Source of the DNA: a virus
Lineage: Duplodnaviria; Caudoviricetes
Strand: one strand, 5' to 3'
DNA length: 64,000 bases
IMG/VR virus record: IMGVR_UViG_2974623408_000001
Location: 1-64,000 of that record
Part shown: positions 24,698 through 35,424 of the stretch, in pieces
Numbering within the stretch: the first letter of the stretch is position 1
Layout: the number at the start of each line of letters is the position of its first letter
Translations under genes and position numbers: made by a program
The notes under the pieces: generated by a model
Databases searched by the model: none
What the model was told of the DNA's origin: nothing
What the model saw: the letters and a program-made list of their open reading frames with translations, nothing else

Positions 24698-26512
24698 ATG
24701 AAATTTGGCGAAGTCATCAGAACAGCAGCCGATCCTGACCGTGTGACATCAGGATTCACAGCAGCCATGGCTGCACGTCCGGTCAACTATCCACGCCCTC
24801 TCGTCGCTTCAGGCGAGAAGATTTCTATTAAGAACCCTGATGAAGTTATATCATTGCGAAACAGGGTCTATACAGAATGGCAGAACGATGCGTGGGCGTA
24901 CTACGATGCGATCGGTGAGATCAAATACGGATTCGGTTTGGTGGGTGCTGTTACGTCACGCCTACGTCTCTATCCAGCGATTTCGGTGGATCAAGACGGA
25001 GTACCGATCTCGACGTCAGACTACCGCAGACGCCAGCTTGAGCAGTCCAAGCCCGAGCTCGAGAAAGACATCAAGAGCGAACTCGCTGTCCCCAAACGTG
25101 TTACAAAGGATGTTCTGGAACACCTGGACCGTCTTGTTCTTGATCTGTTTGGAGGCCCGGCAGGAAGTTCCGGCTTTCTTCGTTCGTATGCACTCAACAT
25201 GTGTGTTGCGGGCGAGTGCTACCTTGTCAACTACAAGGATCGGTGGCTGGTTAAATCTACGTCCGAGCTCACCGCCGATCCGTCTGGCAAACTGTACATG
25301 CGCGGTCTGCGCACCGGAAGCATGGGCAGCACGACGACAGGCGCGAATGGAACATTTGGCGAGATTGAGCTCCCTAAGAACACCTTCGTCGCCCGAATCT
25401 GGAGAGAGCACCCCCGATACTCTCTAGAGCCTGAGTCGTCCATGCTCGGCCTGCGTGAGACGTGTGACGAGTTGATCACTCTCCAGCGCATGATTCGTTC
25501 TCTGGCCCGCTCACGCATGAACGCGGGTATCCTGTTCGTACCTGACGGACTATCTGCGGCTGGATCAACTGTAGCTGAGGACATCGCAGACGAAGAAGAG
25601 CTGGACGACGAGTTGATTTCGTCTATCTACGACACCGTGTCTGCACCGATCGAAGATGAGACCAATGCTGCGTCTGTGTTCCCAACAATCATGCGCGGTC
25701 CTGAAAGTGCCGGTAAGGCTCTACAGCATTTGATGATGTCGCGTGACTCGGATCAGTTCCTAGTTGAGCGATGCGACCGTGCGTTGGATCGCATTCTTCA
25801 GGGTCTCGACATGCCGAAGGACGTCGTATCTGGCATGTCGAACGTCAAGTACAGCAACGCAATCCAGGTCGATGACAGTCTGTACAAGGGCCACATCGAA
25901 CCGCTGGCGTTGATGTTGTGTGACGCTTTGACCACGGTGTACATCCGTCCGATGTTGAAGAAGAAGTTCCCTCAGCTGGAAGACAGCGATCTGGACTTCC
26001 TGCGTATCTGGTACGATCCGTCAGAGATTGTCAGCAAGTCTGACCCTGCTCAGTCGGCCAACACAGGACACGATAACTTCGCGATCAGCGATGCTGCATG
26101 GCGTGCTGCACACGGGTTCTCGGACACGGACGCTCCGTCAGAGCGTGAGATGGCTATTCGTTGGCTACGCCAGGTTCCACCGTCGCCTGAGGTTCAGGAC
26201 ATGCTCATCAAGGAAGCATTCCCGACGATCATCGAACGACAGCGTGCGGCGAACATCCAGGCTTCGCCTGTTCCGATGCCCGAGTCGGCCCAGGAGATGG
26301 TCTACGGCAAGGTTGTATCACCTGTCAGCGACACGACACGCGACGCGCAGAATCCGCAGATTTCACCGCGTGATGTATCTACGGTAGGCTCTAAATCTGA
26401 AGATCAAAGCGGTATGCCAGCTGGTTTCAAGTCAGCCACGCCAACCGCCGGGAAACCAGTCGATCCGTCCACGGTTACTGACGAGGACGAAGAACGTAAA
26501 AAGACTGCCTAA
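24698..26512 (+). CDS. portal protein
   Basis: WQNDAWAYYDAIGE, RIWREHP, ARSRMNAGILFVP, IWYDPS; follows terminase. Confidence 0.85.
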   Translation: MKFGEVIRTAADPDRVTSGFTAAMAARPVNYPRPLVASGEKISIKNPDEVISLRNRVYTEWQNDAWAYYDAIGEIKYGFGLVGAVTSRLRLYPAISVDQDGVPISTSDYRRRQLEQSKPELEKDIKSELAVPKRVTKDVLEHLDRLVLDLFGGPAGSSGFLRSYALNMCVAGECYLVNYKDRWLVKSTSELTADPSGKLYMRGLRTGSMGSTTTGANGTFGEIELPKNTFVARIWREHPRYSLEPESSMLGLRETCDELITLQRMIRSLARSRMNAGILFVPDGLSAAGSTVAEDIADEEELDDELISSIYDTVSAPIEDETNAASVFPTIMRGPESAGKALQHLMMSRDSDQFLVERCDRALDRILQGLDMPKDVVSGMSNVKYSNAIQVDDSLYKGHIEPLALMLCDALTTVYIRPMLKKKFPQLEDSDLDFLRIWYDPSEIVSKSDPAQSANTGHDNFAISDAAWRAAHGFSDTDAPSEREMAIRWLRQVPPSPEVQDMLIKEAFPTIIERQRAANIQASPVPMPESAQEMVYGKVVSPVSDTTRDAQNPQISPRDVSTVGSKSEDQSGMPAGFKSATPTAGKPVDPSTVTDEDEERKKTA

Positions 26513-26521
26513 GGAACGACT

Positions 26522-29500
26522 ATGGGTCACACCGCTCAGGGATGGCGCGAGGCGCTGACCGCTGCGTTCAAAATTCGACGCGGCGATTGGAACGAAGCGC
26601 TGCATCCCCGCGGTGCTGACGGTCGTTGGATCGACAAGCTTGGCTCAGTTAAATGGAAGGGTCTGTCAGGTCTCTGGGAGACTGGAACCGTAGAGTCTTG
26701 GAATGACAAGGGCGCGGTTACGGTCAAGAAGCCTGACGGCACTAAGATAATCCAGCCGGCGAAAAAGTTGTACAGCGCTCGCCAGCAGGTTGTCAAGATG
26801 CCTACCAAGCTGACTACATCGTCAAATCCACGCGGTCTGAGCGGTTCGAATCCTGGTGGTGTCATGCAGGAACCATCAGGCGACAAGTGGTATGTCAAGA
26901 CTCCGCAAAGCGCAGCGCACACAGCGAACGAGATTGCGGGACATAAGATGTACGCGCTCGCTGGCGTTCCTGTGCCGACGACAGCGATGTCGAGTGACGG
27001 CAAGAAGTTCGCGTCCAAGCTAGAGGACGCGGAAGACTGGAACCGTCTGACAGGCACCGATCTGGACGAAGCCAAGGCCGAGATTCGCAAGAACTTCGTA
27101 GTCGACGCATGGCTAGCCAACTGGGATGCACCAGCGAACGACAACATCCGTGTGAACAGTGATGGCGTGCCACTGCGCGTGGACACAGGTGGTTCCCTAG
27201 ACTTCCGTGCACGTGGTGGCCGTCGTACACTGACGATGGACGTTCCTGAACTCAAGACAATGCGTGATCCACGCGTTTCTCCGTCAGGTTCACGACTGTA
27301 CGACGGATTGACTCGCGCGGAGGAAGAAGACGCCGTACGACGCATTCTAGGTGTCACTCCTGACGCCATCCGTGAGGCTATCAAGGATGCTGGCGCTCCG
27401 TCACGTCTAGCTGACGATCTGATCACACGTCGCGCGTGGCTGGCGAACAACTACGGGTACGAACTTCCGGAGGAGACAAAGGCTGGCAAGGACGCCATCG
27501 CTGCTGCGAAGAAGGCCAACCCTGACGGCGCTGCACCTAACCTGACGCCAATCGTGCGTCGCTCTACATCTGCATCTCCTCTCGCGCCAAACTCTCCTGT
27601 CTGGTTGAAGAACAAGAAGAAGTATGGCGAGAAGGACGACACCTGGATTATCAACAGTGTGGCCGCGGACAAGAAAACTGCCCAGCTGCGACAGCGTGTA
27701 GGCGGTAAAACCGTTGACGTTGATGTGGCAGACTTCGAGTTGCTGCGCGACAACTTTGCGTCTGTGAACGCGAAATACACTGGCGGAGAGTCTGTCGAAG
27801 TTGGCGACAAGGTTCTCACAGCCAAGGGTGACACGGGTGAGATCACAGAGATCTTCCCGATGTACGCCAAGGTCAAGATCGACGGTACCAATCGTTCGCA
27901 GGTTCTTGCTGTCAAGAAGATGACACGTACCAAGGGTGCGCTTCCTGATGCTGCGACAAGTGTGGCTCCAGCGGTGACACCACCTGCGCAGAAGAACGAT
28001 GCGCTGTACAACAACGGATATCAGGACGCCTGGGGCAAACTGCAGACCACACACCGTGGTATGGCAGAACGCTACGTGCGTAATGGTGTTGCGTCGAAGA
28101 AAACGTTTGACCTGAACGACGTACGACCAACACAGCCTGAAGACACGTCAACGACAAGCGGTTCTGGTTCCGGAGCCAAGGACCTTGATCCGATCGTCGC
28201 GCAGATCAACGGTGAATTGTACCTGATGGACGGCCATCACCGTGCGCTGGCATCTGACGGCAAGCTGGATGCACACTTCGTCGACTTTGATTCGATCAAG
28301 GTCGACCCGTCTGGTCTCGAGTTCGATTTCTCGGCACACGATTTCACCAAGACTCCGCATCCTAAAGTGTACTCGCTGACCCACAACAAAGAGCTGGCAG
28401 TCTTCAAGTACGACTCAGCTCAAAACGAGGTACTTGTCGTTACACCTGATGGCATGGTTGGTCCGATCACACGTGACAAGGTTCGTGACCCTAAGACCGT
28501 TGATCATGACGGATGGGTGGCTGCTCAGGCTGCTGCAGCGGCTGGATCGACAGGACGAAAGCGTAAAGGCAGCAACGCTCCTCAGTTGACTCCGCAGGAG
28601 AAGCGCCAGCAGAAAATTGACAACATGACGTCCGCAGACGTGGCGAAGATGAAGCCACAGGCTGTGAACGTCAAGTATCCAGCCGCTGGTGGTTCGGCGC
28701 AGGTCATGCTCGATCCTGGTATGCGTGCGATCAAGTTCGATAATGCTATTTTCGTGTGGGACACACGTGACGATTCTGTCAAGTTCGTTGGCAAGTCCAC
28801 AAAGAGTGACACATCAGCGACGTATTCTTTGCAGCTTCACACCAGTGTGCCGGCAAATCGTGATATGTCGGGCACATTCCTACAGGCTCTTGCCGGAGGA
28901 AGAATCTACGACGTCAAGGAACTAACCGCTCCGGAAGGTGTCAAAGCTGCTCAGATTCTTGCGAAGGACAACGGACGTACTATTTCTAACGTTGACGATC
29001 TAGCCGGTAAAGCAAAGTACCGTCTTCTGACAGTAACGGCAAAGCTTCCCGACGAAGTACTTCCCAAGGTTTCTAGCAAGCCTGACCACAAGCTAGTCAC
29101 ACACGCACTGGGTATGTCGGCGTCGTGGGACGAAGCCGAGAAACCTTTGTTTCTGCAGTCAGGTTCTGGTGATGATGCTGATTTCTATTATTACGGCACT
29201 GGTGCCAATCCTCTTGATACGCCTGTTAAGCTGACTGACACGCAGAAAAATTATTACTTCGAGGCGTCTTCTGCCTACGGCGGGTCACAGACCTGGTACG
29301 AAATACGCGGCAGCATGTCGACTACCACACCAGATGTGGACGATTCAAAGTTGTTGACGTACAACGGAAAGCCGTTGCGCGTATCGGATGCCAACTCGTA
29401 CCAGTCGGGTAGTCGCTACGTTCGCAGCATCGCACCTGTGTACAGAATGATGAACGACCCTGTAGACAAGTCAATTGCGAATTCTAACGTTGCCGGCACT

Positions 29501-30961
29501 ACGCAGGTTCCAGCACCAGGTACACGTTCGTCGTCTGCCGCTGCTCCGTCGAACAAGAACAACGAAGAACTTGAAGCCGGTAAAATCCACAAAGGATTCG
29601 CATTCCCACGACCTAAATTCAAGCTGTCGCCAACTGAAGCGCTGAGCTACAAGATCACCGCGTCACGTGAAGCGATGAACAACGGCGAGTACGACGACCA
29701 GTTCCTAGAATTCTCTCTCGGTGACCGACTTGAGGTAGCTTCTTCTGGCCCTAAGGGCATTGCTAAGGACGGAACTCCACAGTACGACCCGATGATGTAC
29801 GAGTTCGTGCAGTCTCATGGTGGTGACGCGGTTCCTCCACGTCTGTCTAAGAGCGACTTTGATCAGTACGTCATTGACAACAGCAGACCAGAACTCTACC
29901 GCGGTGTGAAGAGTACCACGGCTGCAGGTACCAGTGCATCGGGCGTAGAACTACGAAACGAGCTGCAGAGGGGCGCTCACTTCGCGGGTCGCGGTGTGTA
30001 CGGTAACGGTACGTACGCTGCAACAAGCCGAACTGAAGCTAGCCACTACGGATCAGCGATTACACGCATGACGTACCGACCTGACGCCAAGGTGGGGTTG
30101 ATGTCGGAGGTCGTTGGTGACCAGATGGAAGAATACGGTACTCAGTCTGACATGATCGAGAAGGGTCTTGCCGATCGCGGACTACTCCCAAAGAAGTCAG
30201 ACGCCACAGAACTTCCACAATCTGACATCGATAACGCTGCCAATTGGGGGTCAAGCAAGGGAGCGGTTGATCGATTCTACGACGTGCAGAATATGTACAT
30301 CGGATACAACCTGCCTTCGCAGTATCACGACGACTACAGAGCAGCTGTTCTCAAAGAACGCAAAGCACTTGCAGCACGTGCCAAGGAACTGCACGACTTC
30401 TACAAGTCCAAAGGCTACGCTTCGGTGAGTGTACGTTTCGACGAGGGAACAACCGAAAGCACAGCCGAAGTGATGATCACGGACGCCAACGGCGACACGC
30501 ACACTATCGGTTATAAGTCATCGATGGGTCCATACGAGTTCTCAATGGCGTACGCGTCTGCGAAGAAGAAACTACCTAAGCCATACCGTACGCTGCAGAT
30601 CAAAGAGCAGCGTCGTTCGTGGGGACGAGATACGAGTGACCCTACGTCCACCGAGACGTCGAGTTCGAGCTACGGTAAGACAATGACTCCGCAGCGAATG
30701 GTTCGTCTAGCTGCCCTAGCAGACAAGACGTATGATGGACTTGAGCCTGTAGACGAGTACAAAAAGTCACCGGATGCACGTTCGCAAAATTACAAGAATC
30801 TCGAGTCTTTGTTCAAGATTGCGGCTAGAATGCAATATATTCAGGACCCAGCGCGTTTTGGATTTATAGCCGGATACGACGGATATACACTCGACAGTAG
30901 ATCAAGCTACCACGTGTTCACACATCGTGCGCCGCTTATCTTCCAGAACGGAGCTGGATAA
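26522..30961 (+). CDS. head-associated multidomain protein: kinase-like + ParB-like + ADP-ribosyltransferase-like
   Basis: N-terminal LHPRGADGRW; KWYVK...NE...DAWLANWD..NDNI..VDTGGSL (HipA/PI3-4K-like); LYLMDGHHR (ParB/Srx-like); LYRG...GVYGNGTY..EASHY (ART-like); MuF position after portal. Confidence 0.65.
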   Translation: MGHTAQGWREALTAAFKIRRGDWNEALHPRGADGRWIDKLGSVKWKGLSGLWETGTVESWNDKGAVTVKKPDGTKIIQPAKKLYSARQQVVKMPTKLTTSSNPRGLSGSNPGGVMQEPSGDKWYVKTPQSAAHTANEIAGHKMYALAGVPVPTTAMSSDGKKFASKLEDAEDWNRLTGTDLDEAKAEIRKNFVVDAWLANWDAPANDNIRVNSDGVPLRVDTGGSLDFRARGGRRTLTMDVPELKTMRDPRVSPSGSRLYDGLTRAEEEDAVRRILGVTPDAIREAIKDAGAPSRLADDLITRRAWLANNYGYELPEETKAGKDAIAAAKKANPDGAAPNLTPIVRRSTSASPLAPNSPVWLKNKKKYGEKDDTWIINSVAADKKTAQLRQRVGGKTVDVDVADFELLRDNFASVNAKYTGGESVEVGDKVLTAKGDTGEITEIFPMYAKVKIDGTNRSQVLAVKKMTRTKGALPDAATSVAPAVTPPAQKNDALYNNGYQDAWGKLQTTHRGMAERYVRNGVASKKTFDLNDVRPTQPEDTSTTSGSGSGAKDLDPIVAQINGELYLMDGHHRALASDGKLDAHFVDFDSIKVDPSGLEFDFSAHDFTKTPHPKVYSLTHNKELAVFKYDSAQNEVLVVTPDGMVGPITRDKVRDPKTVDHDGWVAAQAAAAAGSTGRKRKGSNAPQLTPQEKRQQKIDNMTSADVAKMKPQAVNVKYPAAGGSAQVMLDPGMRAIKFDNAIFVWDTRDDSVKFVGKSTKSDTSATYSLQLHTSVPANRDMSGTFLQALAGGRIYDVKELTAPEGVKAAQILAKDNGRTISNVDDLAGKAKYRLLTVTAKLPDEVLPKVSSKPDHKLVTHALGMSASWDEAEKPLFLQSGSGDDADFYYYGTGANPLDTPVKLTDTQKNYYFEASSAYGGSQTWYEIRGSMSTTTPDVDDSKLLTYNGKPLRVSDANSYQSGSRYVRSIAPVYRMMNDPVDKSIANSNVAGTTQVPAPGTRSSSAAAPSNKNNEELEAGKIHKGFAFPRPKFKLSPTEALSYKITASREAMNNGEYDDQFLEFSLGDRLEVASSGPKGIAKDGTPQYDPMMYEFVQSHGGDAVPPRLSKSDFDQYVIDNSRPELYRGVKSTTAAGTSASGVELRNELQRGAHFAGRGVYGNGTYAATSRTEASHYGSAITRMTYRPDAKVGLMSEVVGDQMEEYGTQSDMIEKGLADRGLLPKKSDATELPQSDIDNAANWGSSKGAVDRFYDVQNMYIGYNLPSQYHDDYRAAVLKERKALAARAKELHDFYKSKGYASVSVRFDEGTTESTAEVMITDANGDTHTIGYKSSMGPYEFSMAYASAKKKLPKPYRTLQIKEQRRSWGRDTSDPTSTETSSSSYGKTMTPQRMVRLAALADKTYDGLEPVDEYKKSPDARSQNYKNLESLFKIAARMQYIQDPARFGFIAGYDGYTLDSRSSYHVFTHRAPLIFQNGAG

Positions 30962-30962
30962 A

Positions 30963-31217
30963 ATGGGACCGATGTTCTCTGATGTGTCACCTGTGATGAG
31001 CAAGGTGTTCGCGTACGTTGTGGACGACATGGACCCGTTCTCACGCATGGCGTTCATCACGCAACTGGAAGAGCTGGTCGACTACAACGACATCACAGGT
31101 AAGCCAGTGCTGGATCATGTCGAGGACATTCCGCATTCGTTCCGTCTGCAGTACGACATCGACTCCAACTTTGAGCGTCTAGAAAGATACATCCGTAAGG
31201 AACAAAGCGATGCCTGA
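30963..31217 (+). CDS. small acidic protein
   Basis: starts 1 nt after the large gene's stop. Confidence 0.6.
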   Translation: MGPMFSDVSPVMSKVFAYVVDDMDPFSRMAFITQLEELVDYNDITGKPVLDHVEDIPHSFRLQYDIDSNFERLERYIRKEQSDA

Positions 31218-31455
31218 ACCAACTGGAAAATACATCGCGTTTGTCGATGACACTCAAGTGGTGTGCGGTCTTATGCTCGCCACCGATTATGGATGCTATT
31301 ATCGTGACGAGGGCGACTGGATTCCCATGGACCCGGATGACGAGTTCTCCGAGTGGATCGAAGATTGGGACGCTATAGATACCGACGCGTTCGCAGTCAA
31401 GTTGTACGACTTCGCCGAGAAGTCGGATGGCAGACTAACACGCTCTGACGTGTAG
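31210..31455 (+). CDS. small acidic protein
   Basis: aagga RBS; D/E-rich. Confidence 0.65.
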   Translation: MPEPTGKYIAFVDDTQVVCGLMLATDYGCYYRDEGDWIPMDPDDEFSEWIEDWDAIDTDAFAVKLYDFAEKSDGRLTRSDV

Positions 31456-31521
31456 TTTTTCGTGTAGCGGAATTTCGATTACTCTGAGTTCCAATATGCT
31501 GCGCGAAAGTGAGAGTCTGCC

Positions 31522-32304
31522 ATGCACATCAATCCCATTCACAACCGTGAAGAGTTAGTTGCTGCAATCAAGTCAGGTGGAAGTCCGCGCTGGTACGTCG
31601 AACGTCTTGCTAAAGCCTACGGTGTCGATATTGACACAACCACAGCTGTGAAGCCTGACTTCCGCGAGCAGTCTGAAGAAGACACCGTGGACAAGGAACT
31701 GGCTGACGCGATGGAAGATTACGCGTCGGGCGAGGCCAATCTTGAGCAGACTGAAACTATGGTTGCTGCGATCGTTGCACGCAACTACCGTGAAGGCGAG
31801 ACGGTAGAGTCAATCAAGGAAGCGTTCGACAAAGAGGTCTACGGATTTCTTGAGCACGGTCGTATCTCTAACGATGAATACGCCACACTTGTTGCCGCCG
31901 TTACGAAGACAGTTCGTACACGTGAAGGTCAGGAACGTTTCGGACAGCCGTTAAACACGGTGATTGAGCGTGACAAAGACGAACCAGGTGCACCAGGTAA
32001 CAAGGGTCCAGAGCCGGTTGCACGTCTGGACGAGGTGCCTGTTCGCAGACAGCCAGCACCTGTTGATCGCGAAGAACCACAGAACTCTGGTGCCATTACA
32101 GAGATGCGTGAGCAGTTCAACAACGTGACGAACGTGAAGGCGAAGAAGACGATGGACGAAGTCCATGTCGCTCTCGAAAACGCTGATCCTGTGACGAAGG
32201 CTGGGTTTGCACCGAGCGAGTCGGACGTGGATGACGATCGTCCTGATGATGTTCGCGAGAAGTTTCTAAAGGCTCTACGTAAGAGCGCGAAAACTGAAGG
32301 CTAA
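31522..32304 (+). CDS. head-module hypothetical protein
   Basis: VRT.EG..RFGQP motif; position in head genes. Confidence 0.6.
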   Translation: MHINPIHNREELVAAIKSGGSPRWYVERLAKAYGVDIDTTTAVKPDFREQSEEDTVDKELADAMEDYASGEANLEQTETMVAAIVARNYREGETVESIKEAFDKEVYGFLEHGRISNDEYATLVAAVTKTVRTREGQERFGQPLNTVIERDKDEPGAPGNKGPEPVARLDEVPVRRQPAPVDREEPQNSGAITEMREQFNNVTNVKAKKTMDEVHVALENADPVTKAGFAPSESDVDDDRPDDVREKFLKALRKSAKTEG

Positions 32305-32307
32305 TTC

Positions 32308-33738
32308 ATGACTGCAGATGTCGTAATCACTCCTCCATCTCGCACATATCGTGTTCCGATGGCTCTCACAGCGTCTATCGGCAAGGAACAAGCTACACTT
32401 GACGACGTGTTTGATGCGCTGGAGTCAAACCCAGCTGCACGCGGGTGGGCTGAGAAGATCATCAACGGCGTCCAGCGTGACGAAACCAACAGGGCGCAAA
32501 CACTTCTCGCAAGCATCGGTTACGACCCTGAGACGTACCTGTACTGGGGTTTCACAGCGTCAGCAGACGACGACTTCGTTTTCGCCATCGCACGATGTGC
32601 ACACGATGACTTGAATCTTGCGAAGTCAGAACAGCTTGTCAACGGCGAATGGAAGCCTGTTCCCGAGGCCATGGCAGCTGTGTCACACGGTGTGTCGATG
32701 GATCGTGAGTTACTGGCGTTCACCGCGTCCGCGTTCAAAGATGGTTGTCGTGGTGTGTACCTCGTCTATGGCGAACCTGTGATGTTCTTCCCAGAACAGC
32801 CGTTGCTCGCCGCTGGTCCACCGGATGCGATCGGTTCAGAGGGCCACGTCTACGCCGTTGTCGATGGCACGGACACCACCGCGATCATGGACGTCATCAT
32901 GATCAAGCCTGGACCAGAGGTCTATCGCCGCGACGCTGGATCGTGGGTCGTAGACAACGCCACACTTGATTCGCTGATGGGCGTGCAGCCGCCGCCGATG
33001 GTCGAACTCGAGGGCGACACTCTGAACAAGGTGCTAGAGCAGGTCGACATGGTTGCCGCACAACAGGTTCAACCAGATTCTGAGGGCGGGGCCAGTGAAG
33101 GTCAGATGCTCGAGGTAAATCAGATGGAACTTGACCCGAAGAGCAAAGACGCTTCGGACAAGATGAAGACCGACGTGCAGAAAGAAAAGAAGGCCAATCA
33201 GGACAAGCGCGCCTATCAGAACAGGTCGCATGACACGTACAAATCCAATCAGGACAAGTCCCAGTTGAAGGACGGTTCGACCGCGCAGGCTGTTGTTTCT
33301 TCCGTGGTTTCGAAGATGAACGACGCCAATTTTGAAGCTCAAGTAGCGTCCGGTCCGTTGTGTCCAGAGCGTGTTAAAACTGATGCTGTTGTTGCGAAAA
33401 AAGAGGCTCTCAGTTCGCTTCTCGCAGCCTCAAATCATCTTCGTGGACAAATACATGCGTACGAAAACGTGTTCCTACCTGCACTTATAGCTGATGCGCA
33501 GTCAGTTCACGACGCGACACCGAATCAGAAGAAAGCATCCAACCTCCGCAAGTACTGGGTGCGTGGAGTCGGGGCGGCGAAGATCAAATGGGGTGCTCCG
33601 GGAGACTTCCGACGATGCGTCCGACAACTACGCAAACACCTCGGCACACGTGCCGAAGGATACTGCGCAAAACGCCACAAAGAGGTTAACGGGTTCTGGC
33701 CAGGTGACAAGAAAAACACCGGAAAGAAGAAAGATTGA
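32308..33738 (+). CDS. head-module protein with C-terminal YW..G.GAAKI.W..PGDF.RC...C..H domain
   Basis: motif and position. Confidence 0.6.
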   Translation: MTADVVITPPSRTYRVPMALTASIGKEQATLDDVFDALESNPAARGWAEKIINGVQRDETNRAQTLLASIGYDPETYLYWGFTASADDDFVFAIARCAHDDLNLAKSEQLVNGEWKPVPEAMAAVSHGVSMDRELLAFTASAFKDGCRGVYLVYGEPVMFFPEQPLLAAGPPDAIGSEGHVYAVVDGTDTTAIMDVIMIKPGPEVYRRDAGSWVVDNATLDSLMGVQPPPMVELEGDTLNKVLEQVDMVAAQQVQPDSEGGASEGQMLEVNQMELDPKSKDASDKMKTDVQKEKKANQDKRAYQNRSHDTYKSNQDKSQLKDGSTAQAVVSSVVSKMNDANFEAQVASGPLCPERVKTDAVVAKKEALSSLLAASNHLRGQIHAYENVFLPALIADAQSVHDATPNQKKASNLRKYWVRGVGAAKIKWGAPGDFRRCVRQLRKHLGTRAEGYCAKRHKEVNGFWPGDKKNTGKKKD

Positions 33739-34061
33739 AGCTAGATGAAGACGACGCTTTGCTTCAAGAACTTGAAGTAGTGATCGAAAACAACATGTGG
33801 CTCGGCAATGTTCTGTCTGTAGAAGACGATCACGCGGTGTGTGAGTACGGTGCGATTTACTGGTCAAGCTGCGGCGTCTTCGCGTTGCCGATAAAAATTT
33901 TAGATGTATACGCTGAGAATGCGTATGAATCTGGTCCACTTGGATATCCAACAGGACCCCGCGAATTTACGCAGAGTGGTATAAAACAACCATTCCAGGG
34001 TGGAATGGTACACCGAGATAAAGACCAGCGCGGTACGATCGAATGGTCCAAGAATGCGTGA
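33735..34061 (+). CDS. stand-alone LGFP-repeat protein
   Basis: YESGPLGYPTG...QPFQGG matches the lysin repeats in this window. Confidence 0.7.
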   Translation: MKLDEDDALLQELEVVIENNMWLGNVLSVEDDHAVCEYGAIYWSSCGVFALPIKILDVYAENAYESGPLGYPTGPREFTQSGIKQPFQGGMVHRDKDQRGTIEWSKNA

Positions 34062-34116
34062 TTGATACGCATTGACGTATCGTGCATTTAAGTATCAAAC
34101 GGCAAGGAATACTGTC

Positions 34117-35109
34117 ATGGGCTATAAAGATGGAACCTACGAACAGATCGTAGATGATTCAACGGAAATCGTCCGTGCACTTGTTGCCGGCGCGGCTCCA
34201 ATGTATCCACCAACCGAGTGGTTTGAAGACCCTAAGTTGTCGAAGACCACTCCGATCACTGTGACCGCTGACGGTCGGGTGTACGGCCACATTGCGGACT
34301 GGAACCAGGACCACATCGGTCTACCAGAGCGACGCGCACCACGTAGCCAAAGCAACTACGCATTCTTCAAGACTGGCGTCGTCAAGACCGCTGAAGGTAC
34401 CGAAGTTCCTGTCGGTAACCTGACCCTCGCCGGAGGTCACGCACCGCTCAACGCTTCTGCCGGCGACGCCGTTGCTCACTACGACGACACAGCATCCGCG
34501 ATCGCTGACGTCAACGTTGGTGAGGACGCACACGGTATCTGGGTCAGTGGTGGACTCCGTCCAAACGTAGACGAGGGACAGATTCGCGCTCTCCGCGCTT
34601 CCGCACCGTCTGGTGACTGGCGACCTATCAACCGTAGTCTTGAGCTTGTAGCTGTATGCCAGGTCAACACTCCAGGCTTCCCAATCGCACGCTCGCTGGT
34701 AGCCAGCGGCGAAATCATGTCACTCGTCGCTGCGGGTGCTTCGTCAATCTACGAACTGCAGCAGGAACGCGTTGTGATGGAGAGCGTTCGACGTCTAGCC
34801 GATCGTGTTGAAGAGCTGGAAGCTGTTGTAGCGGGTGGAGCCAAGAAGAAGTTTGGCGACAACGAAGACCCTGCCAAGGATTCCGACGGTGCAACCGACG
34901 ACTCGGGTGACGACTCACGAGACGGCGAAGACAAGACGGACGTCAACAAGAAGTCTGCACCAAACAAGACTCCTGCTGATTCTGAGAAGCCAGAGGTCAA
35001 CGAGAAGTCGAGTGGACGCAAGATTCCTGAGAAGTCTGCACCACTGAAGAAGGGCGAAAAGTCGTCCGCAGATTTGCGCGCTGCATTCGATAAGAAAAAG
35101 AAGAAATAG
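34117..35109 (+). CDS. capsid maturation protease-like protein
   Basis: GRVYGHIA, GEDAHGIWVSG, SGDWR...LELVA..VN.PGFP; upstream of capsid. Confidence 0.7.
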   Translation: MGYKDGTYEQIVDDSTEIVRALVAGAAPMYPPTEWFEDPKLSKTTPITVTADGRVYGHIADWNQDHIGLPERRAPRSQSNYAFFKTGVVKTAEGTEVPVGNLTLAGGHAPLNASAGDAVAHYDDTASAIADVNVGEDAHGIWVSGGLRPNVDEGQIRALRASAPSGDWRPINRSLELVAVCQVNTPGFPIARSLVASGEIMSLVAAGASSIYELQQERVVMESVRRLADRVEELEAVVAGGAKKKFGDNEDPAKDSDGATDDSGDDSRDGEDKTDVNKKSAPNKTPADSEKPEVNEKSSGRKIPEKSAPLKKGEKSSADLRAAFDKKKKK

Positions 35110-35166
35110 CGCGTGTACATTGGTGATTGACAACTGCATCCCATCGTTGCATGGAGCGAATCACCA

Positions 35167-35424
35167 ATGAGTCTGTCTGATCGTATTCAACAAAATCGTA
35201 AAGTCGTTGTTGGCCCCACCTGCGCTACAGGTAGGTGGGTATCCAATCTCAACGACGCGGATCATGAATCATATTCCCGCGCGATTCAAGAAATTGCTGA
35301 CGGAACGCTCATGCGTTCCGATCTGTACACTGCGTGTGTTGACGAGGGTTTGACAACTAGCATTTCGTCTTTCTACCGACACTTAAAACATTTGTGCGGT
35401 TGTCCTGTAACGGAGTCAAAGTGA
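35167..35424 (+). CDS. small Cys/His protein coupled to the phosphoesterase
   Basis: PTC...YRHLKHLCGC; GTGA overlap. Confidence 0.65.
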   Translation: MSLSDRIQQNRKVVVGPTCATGRWVSNLNDADHESYSRAIQEIADGTLMRSDLYTACVDEGLTTSISSFYRHLKHLCGCPVTESK

